Notes under the pieces: generated by a model
The model's input: the letters and a program-made list of their open reading frames with translations, nothing else
Told to the model about the DNA's origin: nothing
The model's database searches: none
Shown: positions 1-8,132 of the stretch, one piece after another
Layout: each line of letters begins with the position of its first letter
Position numbering within the stretch: the stretch's first letter is position 1
From: Fidelibacterota bacterium
GTDB taxonomy: Bacteria; Fidelibacterota; Marinisomatia; Marinisomatales; TCS56
DNA: 36,554 nucleotides
Assembly: GCA_043822705.1 (NCBI GenBank)
Contig: JBDRBK010000100.1
Span: forward strand, 1 to 36,554
Direction of reading: 5' to 3'
Program-made: the position numbers and the translations under genes

Positions 1-374
1 ACCGTTTCCACAAAACCTTCATGATCGGTGACCGGTTTGGTGACGTAAGCCTCGGCGCCGGCCTCCTTGAGATAGCGTTCCTTGTCACCGGCCATGGCGT
101 GGGCGGTTGTCAGAATGACCGGGATAGTGGCCGATTCCGGCTGGTTTTTCAACAGTCTGGTGATCTCGATACCGTCGATGAATTTGCCTTCGTACTTGGA
201 TTTATTCAACGATATGTCCATCACTACCAGATCGATGGTGCCGCTGCCGCAGAGATTCAGAATGGTGGCCGGGTCTTCGGAATGAGTGACCTGAAACTTA
301 CCGCGCCGTTCCAGCAGTTTCGTGAATATGATGGTATTCAATTTGTCGTCCTCGACCAGTAGTACGTGTCCCAT
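1..374 (-). CDS. Single-domain response regulator, DivK-like (3' end outside window)
   Basis: Not in the ORF track; translated by hand from the ATG at 374: MGHVLLVEDDKLNTIIFTKLLERRG...LVVMDISLNKSKYEGKFIDGIEITRLLK...IPVILTTAHAMAGDKERYLKEAGAEAYVTKP. The acidic pocket, phospho-Asp, T and KP are all present. Confidence 0.92.
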   Translation of the reverse strand, partial: MGHVLLVEDDKLNTIIFTKLLERRGKFQVTHSEDPATILNLCGSGTIDLVVMDISLNKSKYEGKFIDGIEITRLLKNQPESATIPVILTTAHAMAGDKERYLKEAGAEAYVTKPVTDHEGFVET

Positions 375-393
375 GATGATAATCCTGTTTCGC

Positions 394-669
394 TTAATTG
401 TTTTGCGTCAGCCAGGTTTCCAGATCACCGCAGCCCGCCCGGATGATTTCCCAGTCCCCGATTTTGGCAGCCTCTTCGACCACCGAACCGTGACGGCTGA
501 TTTCGGTGAAACCGTAAGTTCCGCCGGCGCCGCGGATTTTATGGGCCAGTTGCCGGACCTGCTCGATGTCGGCGCTGGTCACATATTCCCGCAATTGCCC
601 GATCCGCTGGCTCATCTCGGCGATGAACAACGGCCGTAATTCTTCCAGTAATTCCTGATCCATGGTCAA
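394..669 (-). CDS. Stand-alone Hpt (histidine phosphotransfer) protein
   Basis: LAHKIRGAGGTYGF Hpt motif, 91 aa, located between the kinase and the receiver. Confidence 0.9.
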   Translation of the reverse strand: MTMDQELLEELRPLFIAEMSQRIGQLREYVTSADIEQVRQLAHKIRGAGGTYGFTEISRHGSVVEEAAKIGDWEIIRAGCGDLETWLTQNN

Positions 670-676
670 CCTCTTT

Positions 677-2725
677 TCATACGCTGACGGTGACGGCCAA
701 ATCGGCGACCGCTACAGACTCCGTGGTTTGTGCCCGCTGGGTAGCATCAAGCGGAAGGGTAAAGCTCATGGTGGTGCCCTGGCCCTGACCGGCGCTGGTC
801 AGGGTGATTTTACCGTTCATCAGTTCCACCAGGCTTTTGGTGATCGCCAGACCCAGACCGGTGCCGCCATACTTGCGCGAGGTGGAGCCGTCGGCCTGGG
901 TGAATTTTTCAAAGACTTTCTCCTGTTTGTCGAGGGCGATGCCCACGCCGGTATCGATTACGGCGATGCGGGCGGATGCGGTCCCGGGCAGGATTTCGGC
1001 GGCCAGCTCGATCCCGCCGTAGGAGGTGAATTTGACCGAATTGCCCACCAGATTCAGCAAAATCTGCCGCAGTTTCTGTTGATCCGCCCAAACCACGATC
1101 CGTTCCGCCGGCAGCGTCGTCTTGTAGAACAGTTTCTTCTGCTCGGTCTGAACATGGGTCAGGGTATGGATTTCGTTGAACATATCCTGCAGATCGACCG
1201 CTTCCGGCAGGATATCCATTTTCCCGGCCTCGATTTTGGCGATATCCAGTACGTCGTTGATTAGGCTCAGCAGCAGATTGGAACTGTGCAGGGCGTGTTC
1301 CAGGAATTCATCCTCCTCCTCCGGTGAATCGCAGAGATCGTCCAGCACCAGTTTCAGGAAACCGATGATGGAATTGAGCGGCGTGCGCAGTTCGTGGGAG
1401 GTACTGGCCAGGAATTCGCTCTTCATACGGTCGGCCTCCTTGGCCGCATCCAGGGCCAACTGGAGTTCATCGCGGATTTTTTCCAGTTCGCGCATCATAT
1501 TCTCGGCGCGGATTTTGGACTCAGCCAGGGCGGCGTTGATTTCCCGTAATTCGGCGTCGGCCTTCTGGCGCTCGGTAATATCGCGGCGGACGATGGTGAC
1601 CGCCTTGAGCATGCCTTCGGCATCGTACTGGCCGGTAGCGACGGTGTTGTACCAGCGTTCCTGGCCATCCACCTGGAGTGAATATTCGTACTGATAGTTG
1701 GCGTTGCCCCAGGCCAGGCTCTCGATGGCGTAGTTAAGATTCTGCGAGACCCGCTGCGGAAATACTTCATCAAACCGGCGATCGATGAATTCCGTTGCCG
1801 GCCGTTCGTCCCGGCTGTCCTTCGGGGGGTAGTAGGCCAGAATCCGGCCGTCCAGGTCGGCCGTAAAGATCAGATCATTCATCGATTGAATCGTGGAACG
1901 AAAGCGTTCCTCGCTGATCCGCAGTTCATCTTCGACCCGTTTTTGTTTGGTGATGTCGCGCAGGATGCCATGGTAGCCGATGATCCGACCCTGCTCGCTG
2001 CGCTGCGCCACGGCCGTTTCCAGGCAGATCATCTCCCGCCCATCTTTTTTACGCAGGCCCAGCTCGAAGTCGCGGACAAAGCCGTTGGTGGCCATCTCGT
2101 GAACAAACTGCTCGCGGTCCTCGGGCTGGATGTAAAGCTGTTGCATCCCCAGGTTCAGCAATTCTTCCTTGGAATAGCCCAGCAGATCCAGCGCCATGGG
2201 ATTCACATCGATGAATTCCCCGTTGTTGGTGCTGATATAAATGGCATCCCGGGATTGTTCAAACAGGTTGCGGTACTTGCGCTCGCTCTCTTTCCGGTCG
2301 GCCTCGGCCCGTTTGGATTTGTCCAGTTCGCTGTGCAGCCGCCGGTAGGACAGATACAGTCCCAGTACGACCATGAATAGTCCGAAGGACATGAAAATTC
2401 CCGGCAGAATGGTACCGACCAGGGCGGGTGTGACGGTGAATTGATTCAGGAAGGAAATCAACACGGCGAACCCGAAAACGCTCCAGCCGATTTCCAGGGT
2501 GGGGATGCCGATCCGCAGGACAAAGATGTAGCCGGCGATGACCGTAAGCATGTAGATACTCTGGAAGGTAATAGCCGTCAGCGGCAACGGCTGCAGCAGC
2601 GGAAAGGAAGTGAACCAACTGTACACCGTGGCGGCGCTCATCAGCACCAGGTTCCAGCGATAGATCACGATTGTGCTGACGATTTCGCGGGTGAGCAGCC
2701 GGGTCAGTTTTTGTCTATCGATCAT
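677..2725 (-). CDS. Membrane-anchored PAS-PAS sensor histidine kinase (HisKA + HATPase)
   Basis: Hydrophobic N-terminal ~125 aa, two PAS/PAC repeats, H-box STSHELRTPLN, N-box NLVGNSVKFT, G1 DTGVGI, G2 [11 protein letters not shown] overlap with the motB stop. Confidence 0.95.
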   Translation of the reverse strand: MIDRQKLTRLLTREIVSTIVIYRWNLVLMSAATVYSWFTSFPLLQPLPLTAITFQSIYMLTVIAGYIFVLRIGIPTLEIGWSVFGFAVLISFLNQFTVTPALVGTILPGIFMSFGLFMVVLGLYLSYRRLHSELDKSKRAEADRKESERKYRNLFEQSRDAIYISTNNGEFIDVNPMALDLLGYSKEELLNLGMQQLYIQPEDREQFVHEMATNGFVRDFELGLRKKDGREMICLETAVAQRSEQGRIIGYHGILRDITKQKRVEDELRISEERFRSTIQSMNDLIFTADLDGRILAYYPPKDSRDERPATEFIDRRFDEVFPQRVSQNLNYAIESLAWGNANYQYEYSLQVDGQERWYNTVATGQYDAEGMLKAVTIVRRDITERQKADAELREINAALAESKIRAENMMRELEKIRDELQLALDAAKEADRMKSEFLASTSHELRTPLNSIIGFLKLVLDDLCDSPEEEDEFLEHALHSSNLLLSLINDVLDIAKIEAGKMDILPEAVDLQDMFNEIHTLTHVQTEQKKLFYKTTLPAERIVVWADQQKLRQILLNLVGNSVKFTSYGGIELAAEILPGTASARIAVIDTGVGIALDKQEKVFEKFTQADGSTSRKYGGTGLGLAITKSLVELMNGKITLTSAGQGQGTTMSFTLPLDATQRAQTTESVAVADLAVTVSV

Positions 2726-3558
2726 TTGAACAGGATATCGTCGTTAAGGACGTTCAGTTCCGGATGGGAGGCCAGTACCTTCTGACGGACTTTGGCGCGT
2801 TCATATACAATTTCCACCCGGCGGTTCTGGGAGCGGCCGCTTTCGTTGCGATTGGTCGACACCGGCCGGTATTCGGCGAACCCTTCCGCCGACAATTGTT
2901 CCGGCGGGATGCCGTTTTCAATAAAGAAGCGGACAATCTCACTGGCGCGGCTGGTGGACAATTCCCAGTTCGATTTGAAACGCTCGGTGAAAATCGGAAT
3001 ACTGTCGGTGTGACCTTCCACCTTAATATGGTAGTCGAACTGTTTGAGCATGTCGCTGACTTGCAGCAGCAGGTCCTCGCCGTCGGTATTGAATTCGGCG
3101 CGGCCGGGCGGAAACAGTACCATGTCGGATATCGTAATCACGGCGCCACGGCCATCCTGGGCTACCTTGACCTGCCCGCCCAGACTGTTTTTCATGATGA
3201 ATTCATCGACCTCAGTCACAATTTCCGATAGTTCCCGCTTGACCAGTCCGCCCAGTTCATCTACGGCATCGACCCGGGAAAGGCTGTTATCGCGATTGAT
3301 CATCTGCAACCCTTCCCGGGTGCCGGCCTCGGGGACCTGCTGTTTGCCGATGGCCGATTTCAGCGAATTGACCAGTTGGGCGAAGGAATCCATCTGGGTC
3401 TCGCTCATGGCGAACAGGAGGACGAAGAAACACAGCAACAGCGTCATCATGTCGCCGTACGTCGCCAGCCACCCGGGGCCGTCGCCTTCTTCCTCTTCGA
3501 CCGGGAGCATTAAATCCTGGCCGGACTCTTCGATCTGTTCTTCCTGCTCGATTTCCAT
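2722..3558 (-). CDS. motB: Flagellar stator subunit B (MotB/PomB-like) with OmpA-like peptidoglycan-binding domain
   Basis: WLATYGDMMTLLLCFFVLLFAMS transmembrane motif with the conserved Asp; EGHTD, SNWELSTSRA and NRRVEI OmpA motifs. Confidence 0.93.
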   Translation of the reverse strand: MEIEQEEQIEESGQDLMLPVEEEEGDGPGWLATYGDMMTLLLCFFVLLFAMSETQMDSFAQLVNSLKSAIGKQQVPEAGTREGLQMINRDNSLSRVDAVDELGGLVKRELSEIVTEVDEFIMKNSLGGQVKVAQDGRGAVITISDMVLFPPGRAEFNTDGEDLLLQVSDMLKQFDYHIKVEGHTDSIPIFTERFKSNWELSTSRASEIVRFFIENGIPPEQLSAEGFAEYRPVSTNRNESGRSQNRRVEIVYERAKVRQKVLASHPELNVLNDDILFK

Positions 3559-3559
3559 G

Positions 3560-4351
3560 CTATTTGCTTTTTTTCTTGTCGGTGTCGGCTTTACTGGTTT
3601 TCTGACGTTCGGCCTGGGAGAGGAATTTGGTCAATTTTTCTTCCATGAAACGGGGATTATCGCCCAGCCGGATTGATTTTATGCCCTCGATCGTCAGCGT
3701 CATTCGCAGCGTCTCCTGTTGGCTGCGGCGCTTGAGCTTGATCGACATCGGCAGGAATAGCAGATTGGCGAACAGCGATCCATAAAAAGTGGTGATCAGG
3801 GCGACAGCCATCTTGGGACCGATCGAGCCGGGGTCAGAAAGATCAGCCAGCATCTGCACCAGACCGATCAGCGTACCGACCATCCCAAAAGCTGGTGAGA
3901 AAGCGGCCATATCCTTGAACAACTGGTGACCGACCTGGTGCCGTTTCCAGACATTGTCCATTTCCAGTTGCATGACGCTGCTGATGGTCGCACCGCGGAT
4001 ACCGTCCACCACCATCTGTAATCCTTTTTTCAGAAAATCGTCGCTGATTTTGGGCAATTCCTTATCCAGGGCGAGGATACCGTTTTTCCGCGTCACGGTG
4101 CTGATTTCCACCAGTTCCTTGATCTTGTCGATCGGTCTTATGGTTTTACTGAAGAATACGTTTTTCAGGATTGACAGCACCCGCAGCACTTCATTCAGGG
4201 GATAGGCGATAAATGTTGCCGCGATCGTGCCGCCGAAAACAACCGCCAGCGAGGGCGCATTGATGAAAATTTCCAGTCCACTGTTGGAGAGGATGGCCCA
4301 GATAACCAAACCAATTCCCGATATGATTCCGATAAAAGTAGCTAGATCCAT
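3560..4351 (-). CDS. motA: Flagellar stator subunit A (MotA/PomA-like)
   Basis: MDLATFIG start, RKNGILAL, PAFGMVGTLIGLVQML, GPKMAVALITTFYG; 263 aa. Confidence 0.93.
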   Translation of the reverse strand: MDLATFIGIISGIGLVIWAILSNSGLEIFINAPSLAVVFGGTIAATFIAYPLNEVLRVLSILKNVFFSKTIRPIDKIKELVEISTVTRKNGILALDKELPKISDDFLKKGLQMVVDGIRGATISSVMQLEMDNVWKRHQVGHQLFKDMAAFSPAFGMVGTLIGLVQMLADLSDPGSIGPKMAVALITTFYGSLFANLLFLPMSIKLKRRSQQETLRMTLTIEGIKSIRLGDNPRFMEEKLTKFLSQAERQKTSKADTDKKKSK

Positions 4352-4356
4352 GATCC

Positions 4357-5724
4357 TTATTGCCTGCTGATAGTAATTCTCTGATTCAGAGAATCGGTTG
4401 AATTGTATTTCCGGATACTTTCAATCAGATTGGTGTTGAGTTCCGTTTCCGCCGGCACCAGCAGAATCCCCGATTCGGTGTACAGGTCCTCCGCCAGCAC
4501 CATGCCGGCATGCAGGTCCGAAATGTAAACATGGTCGGTCCGGGCCTGACGAACGGCGTCGCCGGTGGAAAGCACCTTGGTCAGATACCGCAATACCTGA
4601 TCATCGTACTTCTCGTCGGCCAGTGCTTTCAACTGGGCCAGTACCGACTGATAATCGTTACTTGCGGCGGACAGGAAGGTCAGCTCATCAAAATCCTTGA
4701 CCACCCGGATGATCCGGGCGCCGACCGGTATATTGCTGCCCCGCAGCCCGTCGGGAAAACCGCTGCCGTCCAGATGTTCCAGAACATGGCGGATAATCAG
4801 GGCGACATCTTCCAGACCCTCGTAATTGTGCAGCAGTCGTTCGCCGATCAGGGGGTATTGCTCGATCACCTGCTGGTCGGTGGTGCTGAGATCGGCCGGA
4901 TCCTTCAACATGATTTCATCGGGAATGGCGGTCTTGCCGATCTCATGCAGCAGGGCGGCAATCCTGATGACCTGGACATCCTCATCGGGCAGTGCCATTT
5001 CCTTGGCGATCTGCTCCGACAGGGTGGCGATTTTCCGGGCATGCCCCTTGTTGCTGGTGCGCCGGAATTCGATGATCCGTGCCAGGATCGAAACCAGGTT
5101 GTCGAAATTGGCGGCGGAACGCTGGTTGAGTGCTTCCAGCGCCGTATTGGACTGTCCCAGCTCCTCCAGCAGATAGGATTTTTCTTTCAGGGAATTGATA
5201 ATCAATTCCTTTTCCCGCTGCAGATCGGCATTCTGGGCGGTGATGATTTGCTTGTGCTCCTCCAACTCCGTCACTATTTCCCGCAGCCGGGAATTGGAGG
5301 CCAGCAGGTTATCCTGCAGGACTTTGATTCGCAGGAAAGCGTCGACCTTGGCCAGAACCTGTTCCTCGTCCACCGGTTTCAGAACATAATCGTCGGCCCC
5401 GCCCTTGAGGGCCTTGACGGCGTCGCGGACTTCGGTCCGGACCGACGATGACATCAGCAGGATCGTATTGGTGAAGCGTTCTTCCCGGCGCAGATTCTCA
5501 CAGAACTGGTAGCCGTCCATTTTTGGCATGATCACATCACTAATGATCAAATCGGGATTAAATTCCCGGGCCCGTTCCAGACCTTCCTCGCCGTTGACGG
5601 CGGTTTCCACCAGATAGCGCGGCGGTTTGAATATGACCTGATAGAATTTGCGGATGAGATTGTCATCGTCGACAATCAGGATTCGAAAACCGGTAGTGCG
5701 TGGCAGCGGATTAGTCGGGGTCAC
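4357..5724 (-). CDS. Response regulator with coiled coil and degenerate HD-GYP domain
   Basis: N-terminal REC (VDDD, SDVIMPKMDG, KP); HD-GYP-like LLHEIGK ... EHLDGSGFPDGLRGSNIPVGARII. GTG start preceded by AAGGA. Confidence 0.88.
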   Translation of the reverse strand: MTPTNPLPRTTGFRILIVDDDNLIRKFYQVIFKPPRYLVETAVNGEEGLERAREFNPDLIISDVIMPKMDGYQFCENLRREERFTNTILLMSSSVRTEVRDAVKALKGGADDYVLKPVDEEQVLAKVDAFLRIKVLQDNLLASNSRLREIVTELEEHKQIITAQNADLQREKELIINSLKEKSYLLEELGQSNTALEALNQRSAANFDNLVSILARIIEFRRTSNKGHARKIATLSEQIAKEMALPDEDVQVIRIAALLHEIGKTAIPDEIMLKDPADLSTTDQQVIEQYPLIGERLLHNYEGLEDVALIIRHVLEHLDGSGFPDGLRGSNIPVGARIIRVVKDFDELTFLSAASNDYQSVLAQLKALADEKYDDQVLRYLTKVLSTGDAVRQARTDHVYISDLHAGMVLAEDLYTESGILLVPAETELNTNLIESIRKYNSTDSLNQRITISRQ

Positions 5725-5767
5725 AGGTTGGTCCTTAGCATGGAGTTAGCACCTATCATTCGGGTAT

Positions 5768-5962
5768 TTACCGTGGCACCGGCGGCACTGGTCCAGTGGT
5801 TTGTCGGCGAAACAGATCCATCAGGACCTCTTGTGAAAACCGCCATTGCCCGCCGATTTTAACGGCCGGTAAACTACCTTCCTTGAGAAGCTTGTAGATC
5901 GTCCGGCGCTTGATGCCCAGAAATTCACAAGCCTCGTCGATGTTGAGTATTTTTTCTGACAT
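5768..5962 (-). CDS. Excisionase/BldC-like (HTH_17) DNA-binding protein
   Basis: LNIDEACEFLGIKRRTIYKLLKEGSLPAVKIGGQWRF is the family pattern. GGAG RBS at 5967-5970. Confidence 0.92.
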   Translation of the reverse strand: MSEKILNIDEACEFLGIKRRTIYKLLKEGSLPAVKIGGQWRFSQEVLMDLFRRQTTGPVPPVPR

Positions 5963-5987
5963 AATACTCCGCTTGGTTACAGACCCA

Positions 5988-6014
5988 TTATCGGTAATTT
6001 GTGGTCAATCTTTA
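5988..6014 (-). promoter_or_regulatory. sigma28 (FliA/SigD)-type promoter
   Basis: The minus strand reads TAAAGATT-N11-ACCGATAA against the consensus TAAAGTTT-N11-GCCGATAA. It lies 25 nt upstream of the HTH start and heads the motAB-containing operon. Confidence 0.8.
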
Positions 6015-6197
6015 GCAGAAAAGTGCAGATTTATGCAAAAAGCCGTCGTTCCAACAGCAAATTCCTGTTAATAAGTGTATTCCAGTGCCGGTTTTCGCGA
6101 TCAAAGGTCAGCCGACCGACGGCTCATTTGCTGTGGTGAGACAGGTCCGGTCGTTCGTAAAATCGATCAGACCATATTCGGTTAAAGGAAACATATT

Positions 6198-7040
6198 ATG
6201 GAATGCCTGATCCGGGGAATCCCGGTTTACTATCAGATCTTCGGCTCGGGGAGGCCGGTGCTGATGATCCACGGCTTCGGTCCCGACCATCGTCTGATGG
6301 CGGGCTGTCTGGAGCCGGTGTTTTGTGAACATCCCGGCTGGCGGCGGGTCTATTTCGATCTGCCGGGCATGGGACGCACACCGGCCGGCGATCAGATTGT
6401 CGACTCCGACCGGATGCTGGAAATCGTGCTGGAATTCATCGACACGGTATTGCCCGGTGAAAAATTCACTCTGGCCGGCGAATCCTATGGCGGCTACCTG
6501 GCCCGTGCCGTCCTGAAGGCCCGGTTCGATCAGGTGGCCGGTCTGCTGCTGCTGTGCCCGTTGATTATTCCCGAACAACAGCGGCGCCAGCTGCCGCCGG
6601 CGCAGGTGCTGGTGCGGGATCGGCACTTTCTCGAGAGATTGAGCCGGGAACAGCAGGAAGCTTTCGACACGTTTGCCGTGGTCCAGACGGAAACGACCTG
6701 GCAAAGGAGTGAAGACGAAGTGATGGTCGGCCTGAATGCGGCGGACATGGCCTTTCTGGAGCGGCTGCAGTTGCATGGTTATCCACTGACCGGTGCCGTG
6801 GATGAACTGCCGAGCCTCTACCAGCGGCCGGCCCTGTTTCTGTTAGGGCGCCAGGACTGGATCGTCGGTTACCGTGATATCTGGCCGCTACTGGAGGACT
6901 ATCCCCGGGCGACGCTGGCAATCCTGGATCAGGCCGGTCATAACCTGCAGATCGAACAGGCGGAATTGTTCAATTCCCTGACCGGCGAATGGCTGGAACG
7001 GGTCGCCGCCGAAATGTCAGCGGATTCGGTGGAAAAATGA
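6198..7040 (+). CDS. Alpha/beta fold hydrolase
   Basis: IHGF oxyanion motif, DLPGMG, nucleophile GESYGG, GRQD, AGH. AAAGGA RBS. Confidence 0.92.
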   Translation: MECLIRGIPVYYQIFGSGRPVLMIHGFGPDHRLMAGCLEPVFCEHPGWRRVYFDLPGMGRTPAGDQIVDSDRMLEIVLEFIDTVLPGEKFTLAGESYGGYLARAVLKARFDQVAGLLLLCPLIIPEQQRRQLPPAQVLVRDRHFLERLSREQQEAFDTFAVVQTETTWQRSEDEVMVGLNAADMAFLERLQLHGYPLTGAVDELPSLYQRPALFLLGRQDWIVGYRDIWPLLEDYPRATLAILDQAGHNLQIEQAELFNSLTGEWLERVAAEMSADSVEK

Positions 7041-8086
7041 CGCCGCCGAAAGTGATGCGGGCAATGCTATTGGAACGGCTCGGCCCGGTGACGGCTGGTT
7101 CGCGGCCGTTGCGGCTGGTGGAGTTGCCGGTGCCGGTTCCCGGACCCGGCCAACTGTTGATCCGGGTGCTGACCTGCGGCGTCTGTCATACCGAACTGGA
7201 CGAAATCGAAGGTCGCACGCCGCCTCCGCTGCTGCCGATCATTCCGGGTCACCAGGCGGTGGGCGAAGTAGCCGCCCTCGGTCCCGGCGTGACCAGTTTC
7301 CATGGTGGTGAGCGCGTCGGGGTGGCCTGGATATTTTCCGCCTGCGGCCATTGTCAATACTGCCGAACCGATCGCGAGAACCTTTGCGCCGATTTTCAGG
7401 CCACCGGGCGTGACGCCCACGGCGGCTATGCCGAATACCTGGTAGTTGCCGAAGCATTTGCGATCCCGATTCCGGCCCGGTTCTCCGCCGTCGAAGCAGC
7501 GCCGCTGCTGTGTGCCGGCGCCATCGGCTACCGATCCCTGCGGCTCACTAATCTGAGTAACGGGCAGAATCTGGGGTTGACCGGTTTCGGCGCTTCGGCC
7601 CATCTGGTGCTGATGCTGGCCCGGCAACGTTTTCCCGATAGTAAAATTTATGTTTTCGCCCGCAGTGTCGAAGAACGGGAATTCGCCCGGGAATTGGGTG
7701 CGGCCTGGTCCGGCGACAGCGCCGACCGGGCGCCGATCGCCCTGGATGCGATCATTGACACCACGCCGGTCTGGACGCCGCTGACGGCGGCCCTGAAAAA
7801 TCTGGTGCCCGGCGGCCGGCTGGTGATCAACGCCATCCGCAAGGAAGATACCGACAAGGATGTTCTGGCCCGACTGGATTACCCATCGCAGCTCTGGCAG
7901 GAAAAGGAAATCAAGAGCGTTGCCAACGTAACCCGTAGCGACGTCATTGAATTTCTGGAACTGGCGGCGGCGATCCCGATCCGGCCGGAAGTACGGGAAT
8001 ATGCTCTTACGGAGGCTAACACCGCTCTGACGGATATGAAGAACCGGGCGATTCGCGGTGCCAAAGTGCTGCGAATCGGTGACTGA
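7037..8086 (+). CDS. Zinc-dependent alcohol dehydrogenase family protein (MDR)
   Basis: CGVCHTE, PGHQ, CGHCQYC...ENLC structural Zn site, GFGASA. Start moved to the ATG at 7037 (ATGA overlap with the upstream stop). Confidence 0.93.
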   Translation: MTPPKVMRAMLLERLGPVTAGSRPLRLVELPVPVPGPGQLLIRVLTCGVCHTELDEIEGRTPPPLLPIIPGHQAVGEVAALGPGVTSFHGGERVGVAWIFSACGHCQYCRTDRENLCADFQATGRDAHGGYAEYLVVAEAFAIPIPARFSAVEAAPLLCAGAIGYRSLRLTNLSNGQNLGLTGFGASAHLVLMLARQRFPDSKIYVFARSVEEREFARELGAAWSGDSADRAPIALDAIIDTTPVWTPLTAALKNLVPGGRLVINAIRKEDTDKDVLARLDYPSQLWQEKEIKSVANVTRSDVIEFLELAAAIPIRPEVREYALTEANTALTDMKNRAIRGAKVLRIGD

Positions 8087-8132
8087 TAGCTGTGTAATAT
8101 CACCCTCAACGAAAAATACTGATGGATATAAT

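Noticed and set aside
21..362. Plus-strand ORF 21..362 and the many other long antisense ORFs in the track
   Set aside because: They are shadows of well-supported genes on the opposite strand and have no recognisable motifs.
2722..4351. Zorya (ZorAB) anti-phage system or ExbBD/TolQR
   Set aside because: MotA is 263 aa with no long ZorA tail, there is no zorC/D/E, the motifs are canonical flagellar-stator type, and a sigma28 promoter is present. The B subunit has an OmpA-like domain, unlike ExbD/TolR.
5768..5962. Prophage or ICE excisionase marking a mobile element
   Set aside because: No integrase, att-like repeats or phage genes are nearby; the gene heads a signalling operon.
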